The notes below the pieces were generated by a model, which was not told where the DNA came from, made no database searches, and worked only from the letters and a program-made list of their open reading frames with translations. Below, piece after piece: positions 1 through 12,189 of a stretch of 54,350 bases of DNA; position 1 is the first letter of the stretch; the number at the start of each line of letters is the position of its first letter. The DNA lies in NCBI GenBank assembly GCA_036570525.1, contig DATCYC010000302.1, forward strand, positions 1 to 54,350, read 5' to 3'. This DNA comes from Luteimonas sp. (GTDB lineage: Bacteria > Pseudomonadota > Gammaproteobacteria > Xanthomonadales > Xanthomonadaceae). The translations under genes and the position numbers were made by a program.

Positions 1-1
1 G

Positions 2-271
2 CGCACGTTCCTGAGCCGCTGGATGATCCTCGACGAGGCGCAAAACCTGACGCCCAAGCAGATGAAGACGCTGATCACCCGCGCCGGCCCGGGCACCAAG
101 ATCGTGTGCCTGGGCAACGTCGAGCAGATCGACACGCCCTACCTCACCGAGACCACGTCAGGCCTGACCTATGCCGTGGACCGCTTCAAGAACTGGGCGC
201 ACAGCGCGCATATCACGCTGCGGCGCGGCGAGCGGTCGCGGCTGGCGGACTACGCGTCGGAAGTGCTGTAG
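2..271 (+). CDS. PhoH-family ATPase, C-terminal part (truncated by window edge)
   Basis: Frame is open from base 2: RTF...ILDEAQN, TRAG, GNVEQID and RSRLA are PhoH-family motifs. Confidence 0.9.
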   Translation, partial: RTFLSRWMILDEAQNLTPKQMKTLITRAGPGTKIVCLGNVEQIDTPYLTETTSGLTYAVDRFKNWAHSAHITLRRGERSRLADYASEVL

Positions 272-290
272 GCGACAGGCGCGCGGCGGC

Positions 291-1943
291 TCAGGGGTCG
301 GCGCGCCGGGACTCGATGTACTGCAGCGCCGCGGACAGGTCCTTGAAGTAGCTGCCCGGGTCATCGCGACCCGCGATCTCGGCGCGCACCAGCTTGCGCA
401 GCACGCGCAGGTTGGCGCCGGTCGGCAGCACCGCGATGCCACGCTTGCGCAGGTTGTCGATGGTCGATTCCAGCCGCTTCAGGCCGGTGGCGTCGATGAA
501 GGGCACCCGCTCCAGTCGCAGCACCACGTGTCGCGGCGGTTTTCGCGTCCACGACAGCGCGCGTTCGAGCGAGTCGACCGAGCCGAAGAAGAACGGCCCC
601 TCGATCGAGTACACCACCACGTCCTGCGGCAGCACCTCCAGCCCGGCTTCGGCCAGCTCCTCGCGCAGGCTCGCCTGGCCGTGCTCCACCACTTCCACCG
701 ACGCGCTCATCCGGCGCATGAACTGGAACATGGCCAGGATCACGCCGATGTTCACCGCCACCACCAGGTCGGTGAGGATGGTCAGCGCGAAAGTGATCAG
801 CAGGATCGCCACGTCCGCGCGCGGCGCCTTGCGCACAAGCCGCAGGAAGCGCCGTGCCTCGCTCATGTTCCACGCCACCACGAACAGGATCGCCGCCAGC
901 GCACACAGCGGCACCTGGCCCGCGTACGGCGCCAACACCAGCAGGATCAGCAGCAGCGTTAGCGCGTGCACCACGCCGGCCAGCGGCATCGTGCCGCCGT
1001 TGCGGATGTTGGTGGCCGTGCGGGCGATGGCGCCGGTGGCGGCGATGCCGCCGAACAGAGGCGAGACGATGTTGGCCACGCCCTGCCCGATCAGCTCCTG
1101 GTTGGAGTCGTGCCTGGTGCCGGCCATGCCGTCGGCCACCACAGCCGACAGCAGCGATTCGATCGCCCCGAGCATGGCGATGGTGAATGCCGACGGCAGC
1201 AGCAGCAACATCCGGTCGAAGCCCATCTCCGGCAGCTCCAGCTTCGGCAATCCACGCGGGATCTCGCCGAAGGTGGACTCGATCGTGGCCACGCCGCGCA
1301 GGTCGAACATCACGACCACGGCGGTGGCCGCAAGCATCGCCAGCAGCGGCCCGGGCACGCGCGCCAGGCCGGGGATGCGCGGGCCGAACAGCGCCAGCGC
1401 AAGGCTGCCGAGCGCGAGCAGCGCGGTCGCCGGATGCAGCTGCGGCAGCGATTGCAGCAGGTGCCAGGTCTTGAGGTAGAACGGTCCCTCGCCGGGCGCC
1501 GGCAGGCCGAAGAAGTATTCCCACTGGCCGATCCAGATGATCACCGCGATGCCGGCGGTGAACCCGACGATGACCGGATCCGGGATGAAGCGGATCACCG
1601 CGCCCAGCCGCGCCAGCCCCATCACCACCAGGATGACGCCGGCCATCAGCGTGGCCAGCAGCAGGCCGCTGACACCGAACTGCGCCACCACCCCGGCCAG
1701 GATCACGATGAACGCGCCGGTGGGTCCGGCGACCTGCACCCGCGAACCTCCGAACAGCGACACCGCAACGCCGGCGATGATCGCCGTGTACAACCCCTGC
1801 TCCGGCTTGACCCCCGACGCGATCGCGAACGCCATCGCCAGCGGCAGCGCGACCACGCCGACGATCACACCGGCGATGATGTTCGGCAGCAGGTTGCCGC
1901 GCCGCATCAGCCCCGCGCGCCAGGCCTCCACGGCAGCGATCAC
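291..1943 (-). CDS. SulP/SLC26 anion transporter with C-terminal STAS domain
   Basis: AGVIVGVVALPLAMAFAIASG, GGSRVQVAGPTGA, NQELIGQGVAN, many TM segments, and STAS motifs GPFFFG / FIDATG. Confidence 0.95.
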   Translation of the reverse strand: MIAAVEAWRAGLMRRGNLLPNIIAGVIVGVVALPLAMAFAIASGVKPEQGLYTAIIAGVAVSLFGGSRVQVAGPTGAFIVILAGVVAQFGVSGLLLATLMAGVILVVMGLARLGAVIRFIPDPVIVGFTAGIAVIIWIGQWEYFFGLPAPGEGPFYLKTWHLLQSLPQLHPATALLALGSLALALFGPRIPGLARVPGPLLAMLAATAVVVMFDLRGVATIESTFGEIPRGLPKLELPEMGFDRMLLLLPSAFTIAMLGAIESLLSAVVADGMAGTRHDSNQELIGQGVANIVSPLFGGIAATGAIARTATNIRNGGTMPLAGVVHALTLLLILLVLAPYAGQVPLCALAAILFVVAWNMSEARRFLRLVRKAPRADVAILLITFALTILTDLVVAVNIGVILAMFQFMRRMSASVEVVEHGQASLREELAEAGLEVLPQDVVVYSIEGPFFFGSVDSLERALSWTRKPPRHVVLRLERVPFIDATGLKRLESTIDNLRKRGIAVLPTGANLRVLRKLVRAEIAGRDDPGSYFKDLSAALQYIESRRADP

Positions 1944-2197
1944 GCGTCGTCCCCCGCCTTCAGGCGCACGCCGCGGCCGCCCGCGGGGCTGGCGCTGTTC
2001 TCGCCGATCAGCTCGACGCCGGCCACTTCGATCGCCGCGATCACCTTGCTCAGCGAATCAATGATGCCGCGCACGTTTCCGGTGCTCGCTTCCATGCGCT
2101 GGATCGTCGGCAGCGACACGCCCGCCAGCTGCGCCAGGGTGCGCTGGTCGATTCCGAGCAGGGCCCGTGCCGCCCGCATCTGTGCCGCCGTGATCAC
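1940..2197 (-). CDS. XRE-family helix-turn-helix transcriptional regulator
   Basis: QMRAARALLGIDQRTLAQLAGVSLPTIQRME HTH; 4-nt overlap with the sulP start. Confidence 0.92.
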   Translation of the reverse strand: MITAAQMRAARALLGIDQRTLAQLAGVSLPTIQRMEASTGNVRGIIDSLSKVIAAIEVAGVELIGENSASPAGGRGVRLKAGDDA

Positions 2198-2221
2198 TGC
2201 CGACTCACCCGGTCTTTAAAC

Positions 2222-2251
2222 ATGCTTATTGATGTCTTAAGCATCATGATG
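2222..2251. promoter_or_regulatory. Candidate operator in the xre/thiD divergent spacer
   Basis: AT-rich patch with inverted repeat ATGCTTA-N9-TAAGCAT (2222-2244) and palindrome CATCATGATG (2242-2251), about 25 nt upstream of the xre start. Confidence 0.5.
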
Positions 2252-2343
2252 GCGATATGATACTGCAGCCGATCCGGCGCATGTAAAGTCTTTCCCGGAG
2301 GCGGCACCGCCGCCGCGCACGCAACGGAACGAGTCCTCCACCC

Positions 2344-3143
<800 letters not shown>

Positions 3144-3144
<1 letters not shown>

Positions 3145-4010
3145 TGGGTGCGGCGGTGATGGGCACGGCGGAGACGGGTGGAGTCCAGGCACACGAAATC
3201 CCGCTTGCCGCGGCCGACGGACACCGTTACACCCTGCTCGCCCGCGTCCCCGAACGCGCCGATCGCAGCCTGTTCTGGCTGCCGGCGCTGGGCGTCGCGG
3301 CCCGGCACTACCTGCCCTTCGCCGACGCGCTGGCCGCGCGCGGCGTGGCGGTGTTCGTGCACGAATGGCGCGGCAACGGCTCCAGCGCGCTGCGTCCGGA
3401 CCGCGACCACGACTGGGGCTACCGCGAACTCCTCACCGCCGACCTGCCGGCGAGCGAGCGCGCAATCGACGGCCTGTTGCCCGACCTGCCGCGTGTCATC
3501 GGCGGCCACAGCCTCGGCGGACAGCTGGCCTGCTGCCGCCTCGCACTCGATCCACAGGCGGCAAGCGCAGTATGGCTGGTCGCCAGCGGCGCACCGTACT
3601 GGCGCGCGTTCCCGCCGCGCACGCGCTGGTGGCTGCCGCTGGTCTACCGCTTCCTGCCCTGGCTGGCCGACGCCTGCGGCGCCCTGCCCGGCCGCCGCAT
3701 CGGTTTTGGCGGCAACGAGGCGCGCGGGCTGATCCGCGACTGGTCGCGTACAGCGCTGAGCGGGCGCTACGCCGCAACCGGCATCGGCACGGACCTGGAG
3801 GCCGCGATGGATTCGATCGAAATCCCGGTCCGCGCCGCCGTCATGCGCGACGACTGGCTGGCCCCCGAATCCTCGCTGCGCTTCCTGCTGTCCAAGCTGC
3901 CGCGCTCGCCGGTGGAGCGGATCACGATGGATGCGGCAACACTCGGTGCGAAGGCCGACCATTTCGCCTGGATACGCGCGCCGGAAGCCGTCGCGGCGTT
4001 TCTCGCGTAG
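3144..4010 (+). CDS. Alpha/beta-fold hydrolase
   Basis: GHSLGG nucleophile elbow, PALGV oxyanion region, C-terminal DDWLAP...DHF. Start placed at the ATG overlapping the thiD stop (3159 is an alternative). Confidence 0.88.
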
Positions 4011-4107
4011 GTCGGGGCTACGCCCCCGGCGCGTGGCTTGCGTGCCCGGGGCGTACACCGCTTCTCCTGTTGATCTGCGGGTGTCGGGGGTGTAACCCCG
4101 ACCTACG
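4006..4107. repeat. Inverted pair of GTAG-type REP elements (REPIN-like)
   Basis: CGTAGGTCGGGGCTACGCCCCCGGC (4006-4030) versus the reverse complement of 4083-4107, CGTAGGTCGGGGTTACACCCCCGAC: 22/25 identical. Each is GTAG followed by an imperfect hairpin. Confidence 0.8.
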
Positions 4108-5176
4108 TCTCGGAGAGCACCGCTTCAGGGGATGCGTGGAATCGCTCGCCGGGCGCCGCGGCCCCGGTGACATAGCCCTCCGGATTCATCGACTGCCAGC
4201 GCCACGCATCCCGGCACATCGCGTCGATGCCCAACTCCGCGCGCCAGCCAAGCAGTTCGTTCGCGAGCGAGGGGTCGGCATAGACCTCGGCGACGTCTCC
4301 GGCGCGCCGAGCCACGATTTCGTACGGGATCTCGCGTCCCGAAGCCTTGGCGAACGCGCGCACCAGCTCCAGCACGCTCACGCCCCGCCCGGTTCCGAGG
4401 TTCACCGTCAGGCCGCGGCCCTCACGCGCCAGGTAATCGATCGCGTCGGCATGCGCCCGCGCCAGGTCCATCACATGGATGTAGTCGCGTACGCCAGTGC
4501 CGTCGACCGTCGGCCAGTCGCCACCGAAGATCCGCAGCTGCTTGCGTCGCCCGACGGCCACTTGGCTGACGTAGGGCATCAGGTTGTTCGGCTCCCCGCC
4601 CGGGTCCTCGCCGATCAGGCCGGACGGATGCGCACCGACCGGGTTGAAGTAGCGCAGGTTGGCCGCGTGGAACGAGGGGGCGGACACGCACAGGTCGCCG
4701 ATCAGCTGCTCCATGACCAGCTTGGTGCGGCCGTAGGGATTGGTGATGCGCAGCGCGGCGTCCTCGCGCACGGGCACGCTGTCCGGGTCGCCGTAGACCG
4801 TGGCCGACGAGCTGAACACCAGCCGGTTCACCCCGGCCGCCCGCATCGCCTGCAACAGGTGGATGGTGCCGGAGATGTTGTTGTCGAAGTAGTCCAGCGG
4901 CCGTTCGCACGATTCCCCCACGGCCTTGAGCGCGGCGAAATGCACGACCGCGTCGAAGCGCTGCCCCTCGAACAGCGCCTCAACCTCCGCCCGCACGCGC
5001 AGGTCGGCCTGCCGGAAGCGCATCGGGGCATCGACGAGCCGGCGCAGCCGCTCCAGCGCGCGCGGCGAACTGTTGACGAAGCTGTCGGCGACCAGCAGGT
5101 CATGGCCGCGCCCGGCCAGCACCGTGCAGGTGTGGCTGCCGATGTAGCCGGCGCCGCCGCACACCAGGATCCGCAT
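4103..5176 (-). CDS. galE: UDP-glucose 4-epimerase
   Basis: MRILVCGGAGYIGSH, HFAALKAVGES, FSSSATVYG, YGRTK, LRYFNPVGAH and DGTGVRDYIHV. Start trimmed to ATG 5176. Confidence 0.96.
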   Translation of the reverse strand: MRILVCGGAGYIGSHTCTVLAGRGHDLLVADSFVNSSPRALERLRRLVDAPMRFRQADLRVRAEVEALFEGQRFDAVVHFAALKAVGESCERPLDYFDNNISGTIHLLQAMRAAGVNRLVFSSSATVYGDPDSVPVREDAALRITNPYGRTKLVMEQLIGDLCVSAPSFHAANLRYFNPVGAHPSGLIGEDPGGEPNNLMPYVSQVAVGRRKQLRIFGGDWPTVDGTGVRDYIHVMDLARAHADAIDYLAREGRGLTVNLGTGRGVSVLELVRAFAKASGREIPYEIVARRAGDVAEVYADPSLANELLGWRAELGIDAMCRDAWRWQSMNPEGYVTGAAAPGERFHASPEAVLSET

Positions 5177-5384
5177 CTTTCGTCGCCCCAGTCGTGATCT
5201 CCAACACCTGCCAACGCGATAAGCACGCGGATCCGGCAAGCCGGTGCGGAAACACCAACGATGTGGCCTCGTGCAACCGCCGGCTGCGTTTGTCCAGCCG
5301 TCCACCTCCCCGCAATCGCGTCGGCGACCGGTCCGATAGACTGTCCGCCCTCGCCCCCTGGGCCTTGCACATGACTCAATCGAC

Positions 5385-6674
<1,290 letters not shown>

Positions 6675-6682
6675 CCGGGAAC

Positions 6683-6716
6683 CGGGGATCGGAACGCGGA
6701 CCTCCGATCACCGTTT
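6683..6716 (+). terminator. Intergenic hairpin; possible weak terminator or mRNA stabiliser
   Basis: CGG-G-GATCGGA...TCCGATC-A-CCG stem followed by TTT just after the tviB stop. Confidence 0.35.
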
Positions 6717-6752
6717 ATCCTTGCCTCCAATCCGCCAACCCAAGACACCGCC

Positions 6753-7760
6753 ATGCGCATCCTCGTCACCGGCGCCGCCGGCTTCATCGGCTCGAAACTC
6801 AGCGAGCGCCTGCTGGCGCGCGGTGACGAAGTCCTGGGCTACGACAACCTCAACGACTACTACGACCCGCGACTGAAGGAAGCCCGGCTTGCGCGCCTGA
6901 CGCCGCTGCAGGGCTTCTCCTTCCGGCGCGCGGCGCTCGAGGACCGCGCCGCGCTCGACGCGGCCTTCGCCGACTTCAAGCCGCAGCGGGTGGTCAACCT
7001 CGCCGCCCAGGCCGGCGTACGCTACTCGCTCGAGAACCCGCACGCCTACATCGACGCCAACATCGTCGGCTTCATGAACATCCTCGAGGCCTGCCGCCAC
7101 AACGGCGTCGAGCACCTGGTCTACGCCTCGTCGAGCTCGGTCTACGGCAACAACCGCAAGCTGCCGTTCGCGGTCGAGGACAGCGTCGACCACCCGGTGA
7201 GCATGTACGCGGCGACCAAGAAGGCCAACGAACTGATGGCGCACACCTACAGCCACCTGTTCGACCTGCCGACCACCGGCCTGCGCTTCTTCACCGTCTA
7301 CGGGCCCTGGGGCCGGCCGGACATGGCGCTGTTCCTGTTCACGCGCAACATCCTGGCCGGCAAGCCGATCGACGTGTTCAACCACGGCCACCACACCCGC
7401 GACTTCACCTACGTCGACGACATCGTCGAGGGCGTGATCCGCACCCTGGACCGCGTGCCGGGCCCGGACCCCGACTACGACCCGCTGGCCCCGTCCCCCG
7501 CCACCTCCAGTGCGCCGTACCGCGTCTACAACATCGGCAACAACCGGCCGGTGGAGCTGCTGCGCTACATCGAAGTGCTCGAGGAGTGCCTGGGCCGCAA
7601 GGCCGACAGGCGCCTGCTGCCGCTGCAGCCCGGCGACGTGCCGGACACCTACGCCGACGTGGACGCCCTGCAGCGCGATACCGGCTATTCGCCGTCCACT
7701 CCCATCGAGACCGGCGTGGCGCGGTTCGTGGAGTGGTACCGGGATTTCTACAAGGACTGA
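6753..7760 (+). CDS. NAD-dependent UDP-uronate 4-epimerase (CapI/Uge-like SDR)
   Basis: [36 protein letters not shown] and [15 protein letters not shown]. Confidence 0.93.
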   Translation: MRILVTGAAGFIGSKLSERLLARGDEVLGYDNLNDYYDPRLKEARLARLTPLQGFSFRRAALEDRAALDAAFADFKPQRVVNLAAQAGVRYSLENPHAYIDANIVGFMNILEACRHNGVEHLVYASSSSVYGNNRKLPFAVEDSVDHPVSMYAATKKANELMAHTYSHLFDLPTTGLRFFTVYGPWGRPDMALFLFTRNILAGKPIDVFNHGHHTRDFTYVDDIVEGVIRTLDRVPGPDPDYDPLAPSPATSSAPYRVYNIGNNRPVELLRYIEVLEECLGRKADRRLLPLQPGDVPDTYADVDALQRDTGYSPSTPIETGVARFVEWYRDFYKD

Positions 7761-7853
7761 ATCCGCACCCCACGTCCCCCCGGTGCCCCGGTTTCTGGCC
7801 TGTTGCAGCGCGCAATCACGTTGATGGTAATTGCAACCAAAGGGGTACCACCG

Positions 7854-8471
7854 ATGCGCATTCTTGCCGGTCTGATGACCATCCTGTTGACGTCCCTGCT
7901 GGCCGCATGCGCCAGCAGCGGAGGCTCGTCCATACCCCCGCCGGATCCGGTGCAGGCTTCGGTCGACGACTATCACATCGGCGTCGACGACCAGGTGCAG
8001 GTGTCGGTCTGGCGCAATCCCGAACTCGGCATCACGGTTCCTGTCCGCCCCGACGGCAAGATCTCGGTACCGCTGGTCGGCGACGTGATGGCCGGCGGAC
8101 TCACCCCGGCCCAGGTCGCGACCGACATCCAGAAGAAACTCGGCGCGTACGTCCGCGATCCGCAGGTCGCGGTCATCCTCACCGAACTGCGCAGCCACGA
8201 GTACCTCTCGCGGGTCCGGGTGACCGGAGCCGTGCGCCAGCCGGTCTCGATCCCGTACCGGCAGGGCATGACCGTGCTCGACGCGGTACTGGCCGCGGGT
8301 GGCGTCAACGAGTTCGCGGCGCCGGACCGCTCCAGCCTGTATCGCAGGAGCGACGGCGGAACCACCAGCTACGCCATCCGCCTGGACAAGATCATCAACG
8401 ATGGTGACCTGTCGACCAACTTCCCGGTCGCACCAGGCGACATCATCACCGTGCCGGAGCGTGCGTTCTGA
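7854..8471 (+). CDS. Polysaccharide export outer-membrane lipoprotein (short Wza/OPX, XrtA-system type)
   Basis: Lipobox LAAC, PES domain VRPDGKISVPLVGD and an SLBB repeat. Start follows AGGGG. Confidence 0.93.
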   Translation: MRILAGLMTILLTSLLAACASSGGSSIPPPDPVQASVDDYHIGVDDQVQVSVWRNPELGITVPVRPDGKISVPLVGDVMAGGLTPAQVATDIQKKLGAYVRDPQVAVILTELRSHEYLSRVRVTGAVRQPVSIPYRQGMTVLDAVLAAGGVNEFAAPDRSSLYRRSDGGTTSYAIRLDKIINDGDLSTNFPVAPGDIITVPERAF

Positions 8472-10060
8472 TGCAGCCGACCACCCTTCCCGTTCCCCAG
8501 CGACCGACCAGCTTCGGGACCGCAGCCCAACAGATCCTTCCGGTCGAATATGCCAGGCTCCTCCTCAAGGAAGGGCGCCGGCGCATCGTCATGCTCGCGC
8601 TCATCTTCGCCACGATCGCGGCGTTGACGTTCGTGGTGGGGATGTTCGTGGTCGCCAGGCACTACGAGGTCTCGGTGACGATCCTCGCACAGGACAGCGA
8701 CATCATCAGGCCGCTGCTCGAGGGCCGCGCGGTCCCGACCGGCGTGACCGATCGGGTCGGCATGGCCCGCCAGATCGTGTACAGCCGCAAGGTCCTGACG
8801 GAGATCATCGACATCGGCGGCTGGGAAGAGGACGGAAGCCTCAGCCCGGTGCAGAAGGACCGCCTGATGGAGGAGATCAGGGGCCGCACGCTCGTCACCA
8901 GCCCGCGCGCGGACATCGTCCAGATCTCCTATCGCGACGTCCACCCCGAACGCGCCTATGAAGTCACCAAGGCCATGAGTTCGCTGTTCATCAGGGAAAC
9001 CCTGGCCACCAAGGAGCGGGAAAGCCGCGAAGCGTACGAGTTCATCGACAAGCAGGTGCAGGCGTACCACCAGAAGCTCACCGATGCCGAGGACAACCTG
9101 CAGGAATACCGTGCTCGCAACGCAGACGCGCAGCCGGGCAGCGCAACCGATGTCAATGCGCGGATCTCGGCCCTGCGCACGCAGGTCGAACAGGCGCGCA
9201 TGTCCCTGCTCGAACAGCAGTCACGCGCAGCCTCGATCACCGCACAGCTGTCCGGAGAATCCGCGGTCACCACGGTGCAGACACGGGAAACCCTCCACCG
9301 CGCCCGCCTGATCGAGCTGCAGGCCGAGCTCGACCGACTGCTGCTGAATTTCACCGACCGCCACCCGGACGTCGTTCGCGTCCGGCACCAGATGGAGGAC
9401 GTCCAGCGGCAGCTGGACCAGGAGCGCGATCACGCCGCTGCCGGCCCGTCGCCCACCGACAACGAGTACTCGCGGCTCAACCCGCTGTACCAGGAGTTGC
9501 GCAGCCAACTCTCGCAGGCGCAGCGCGATATCGCGGCCACGCGCTCGCGAATGGGCGCCGCCGAGAGCATGCTCGACGACGAGATGGCTCGCAGCCGCGG
9601 CATCGCCGCCTCGGAAGGCGCGCTCGCGGAACTGAACCGCGATTACGACGTCAATCGCGAGATCTACCAGGACATGTTGCGCCGCCGCGAGAATGCCCGC
9701 GTCTCGATGGGGCTTGACCAGGAGAAGCGCGGCCTGACCCTGCGCGTCCAGGATCCGCCGACGATACCGCTGCGACCCACCGGCCTGCGCTTCATGCACA
9801 TCGCAGTCGCTGGCCTGTTGCTCGCGGTCGCGGTGCCGATCGGCCTGCTTTGGCTGCTGGTGCGCTTCGATCCACGGGTGCGCAGTCCGCAGCTGGTCGA
9901 ATCGAAAAGCCGCTATCCGTTGCTGGCGACGATTCCTGCCTATCCATCCCCGCGGGAACGCCGCAAGCAGTACTTCGACATCAGCATCGGATCTGTATTG
10001 GTGGCGGCCGTTGTGCTGCTGTACCTGCTGACCTATGTCCAGAAGATGTCCCACGGCTGA
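8471..10060 (+). CDS. Polysaccharide co-polymerase / chain-length determinant (Wzc periplasmic part, XrtA-system type)
   Basis: Two TM segments flank a long coiled coil containing FTDRHPDV; pre-TM VQDPPTIP. Confidence 0.9.
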   Translation: MQPTTLPVPQRPTSFGTAAQQILPVEYARLLLKEGRRRIVMLALIFATIAALTFVVGMFVVARHYEVSVTILAQDSDIIRPLLEGRAVPTGVTDRVGMARQIVYSRKVLTEIIDIGGWEEDGSLSPVQKDRLMEEIRGRTLVTSPRADIVQISYRDVHPERAYEVTKAMSSLFIRETLATKERESREAYEFIDKQVQAYHQKLTDAEDNLQEYRARNADAQPGSATDVNARISALRTQVEQARMSLLEQQSRAASITAQLSGESAVTTVQTRETLHRARLIELQAELDRLLLNFTDRHPDVVRVRHQMEDVQRQLDQERDHAAAGPSPTDNEYSRLNPLYQELRSQLSQAQRDIAATRSRMGAAESMLDDEMARSRGIAASEGALAELNRDYDVNREIYQDMLRRRENARVSMGLDQEKRGLTLRVQDPPTIPLRPTGLRFMHIAVAGLLLAVAVPIGLLWLLVRFDPRVRSPQLVESKSRYPLLATIPAYPSPRERRKQYFDISIGSVLVAAVVLLYLLTYVQKMSHG

Positions 10061-10084
10061 GCCGAAACCGGAGCCACAAGACCC

Positions 10085-10837
10085 ATGGAGCAGATCGTGA
10101 ATGCACACCGTGATGCGCTGGACCCCCGGGTCGAGGGCGAAGCCAGCTCACGTTCCATCACCCGCACCGGCTCGGACCTGAAGCCGCTGTCGCCGCGTGC
10201 GCTCGAGGATCGCAAGCTGATCCATCGCAACGATTCCGTGCGCAGCCAGGCCGATGCCTTCCGCGGCCTGCGCACCAAGCTGCTGGCGCTCGGCCAGGAC
10301 CGTGATTTCATCACCCTGGTCGCACCGGTACAGCCGGGCTGCGGTGGCAGCTTCGTTGCGCGCAACCTCGCGGCGGCGTTCGCGTTCGACGACAGCAAGA
10401 CCGCGCTCCTGGTCGACTGCGATCCATTGCATCCGACGCAGCACACGGCGCTCGGCGTCGATGTCGACAGCGGCGGGATGATGGACTATCTCGATGGAAG
10501 CGTCACCGACCTTGCCGCCATCCAGTACCACACCGGGTTGCCACGGCTTCACCTGGTCCCGAGCGGCACGCCGCGCGAAACCACGGGAGAGTACTTCAGC
10601 TCCAGCCGCATGCGCATGATGATCGATTCGCTGCGGGGTACCCAGTCCAACCGCTACCTGATCCTGGACAGCCCGCCGACGCTGGACTCGCCCGACGCCA
10701 GGATCCTGTCCGACCTCGCCGACCTGATCGTCGTGGTTGCCGGCTACGGGCAAACCACGGTCGACCGCATCGACGACGCCGCCGCGAACTTCGATCCCGA
10801 CAAGCTCGCCGGCGTCGTGTTCAACAACATCTATTGA
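10085..10837 (+). CDS. CpsD/CapB-family BY-kinase-like protein with degenerate Walker A
   Basis: DAFRGLRTKL, LLVDCD, ILDSPP and GVVFN are present, but the P-loop reads PGCGGS instead of PGEGKS. Confidence 0.85.
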   Translation: MEQIVNAHRDALDPRVEGEASSRSITRTGSDLKPLSPRALEDRKLIHRNDSVRSQADAFRGLRTKLLALGQDRDFITLVAPVQPGCGGSFVARNLAAAFAFDDSKTALLVDCDPLHPTQHTALGVDVDSGGMMDYLDGSVTDLAAIQYHTGLPRLHLVPSGTPRETTGEYFSSSRMRMMIDSLRGTQSNRYLILDSPPTLDSPDARILSDLADLIVVVAGYGQTTVDRIDDAAANFDPDKLAGVVFNNIY

Positions 10838-10864
10838 CCGGCTCCGCAGGACACAGGCGCCACC

Positions 10865-12169
10865 ATGAAAACCCACAGGACCAGCCCTTCCCTGTTGTTC
10901 GCGGCCATGCTCGTCGCGGCGCCGTTCCATGCGGATGCCGCCCGCGTCGACTACCAGGTCGATCTTGGCCTCGAACGCAACGACAACGTGCTGATGTCGT
11001 CGACCGATCCCGCGGACTCGAGCGCGCTGCGAGCCGGATTCGGATTCGTGGTGACGGAGGAGACGTCGGCCGTCCAGGCCAATTTCAGCGGCCGCTTCGA
11101 GTACTGGAACTACGTGGATGGCCCCCAGCCGTCCAACGCATTCGAGGCCAGCCTGTCCGGCCGGTTGAACTGGTTCATCGTCCCGGAAACCTTCAGTTTC
11201 ACAGTCGAGGACAGCCTGGAAATGCGGCCGATCGACCGGTTCGTGCCCGACACGGCCGACAACCGCCAGCGGGTGAACGTGCTGTCGCTGGGACCGAACC
11301 TCCAGTTCGACTGGGGCCAGGCGACTCGCAGTCTGCTCGAGCTGCGCTGGATCGACAGCCGGGCCGAGAATGGTGACCAACTCGAATCGCAGCGGCTCAG
11401 CGCCGCGCTGCACGCCGTCCGGGACCTCGATTCGACAAGCAGCCTGTCGCTGAACCTGCGCGGCCAGGACGTCGACTACACGCACGACATCACCGCCCGC
11501 GACCATCACCGCTATGACGGCTACCTGAGCTACCAGAAGCAACTCACCCGTCTCGGCTTCGGCCTTGATGCAGGCAATTCGTGGGTGGACTACGCCGACG
11601 GCAGCTCCGGGTCCTATCCACTGCTTCGTGCCCGCATCGAATGGGCCGTCAGCGCGCGCAGCGTCCTGTCGCTCGGCGCCGCCCGCCAGTTGACGGACTC
11701 CACGGATTCGGCGATCGCAGGCATCACCAACGCCTCCAGCGTGCCGGACAGGCTGTCCACGATATCCAGCACGGTCAACTCGTCGATCTACGAGGAGGAA
11801 CGGATCGATCTCGGCTGGACCTACCGCAACGACCGAATCCGGTTGACGCTCGCACCCTACTACCGGGACGTCGACTTCCTCGACATCGACGCCTCCGACG
11901 AGAACCGGCGCGGCGCGGTAATGCTGCTGTCCTACCGTTTGGCACCGACCTGGGACGTGGGCACCTTCGTCGACGTTGCGCGCTCGGACTTCCGCAACCC
12001 CGACCTGCGCACGGAAGACAAGCGCTATGGACTCAGCGTGGACAAGACGTGGTCGCGCCACTGGAGCACTGCCCTCGACTACGTCCACTACCGGCGCGAC
12101 ATGGATGGGCCGTCCGGCGACAGCCGCCAGAACATCTGGCTCCTGACCGTGACCTATCGCAACCGCTGA
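10865..12169 (+). CDS. EPS-associated outer-membrane beta-barrel protein
   Basis: Signal peptide, N-terminal NDNV motif, alternating aromatic beta-strands, terminal strand LTVTYR, and position after the wza-wzc genes. Confidence 0.8.
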   Translation: MKTHRTSPSLLFAAMLVAAPFHADAARVDYQVDLGLERNDNVLMSSTDPADSSALRAGFGFVVTEETSAVQANFSGRFEYWNYVDGPQPSNAFEASLSGRLNWFIVPETFSFTVEDSLEMRPIDRFVPDTADNRQRVNVLSLGPNLQFDWGQATRSLLELRWIDSRAENGDQLESQRLSAALHAVRDLDSTSSLSLNLRGQDVDYTHDITARDHHRYDGYLSYQKQLTRLGFGLDAGNSWVDYADGSSGSYPLLRARIEWAVSARSVLSLGAARQLTDSTDSAIAGITNASSVPDRLSTISSTVNSSIYEEERIDLGWTYRNDRIRLTLAPYYRDVDFLDIDASDENRRGAVMLLSYRLAPTWDVGTFVDVARSDFRNPDLRTEDKRYGLSVDKTWSRHWSTALDYVHYRRDMDGPSGDSRQNIWLLTVTYRNR

Positions 12170-12189
12170 GGCCGGTTCGGGGCACCGAA

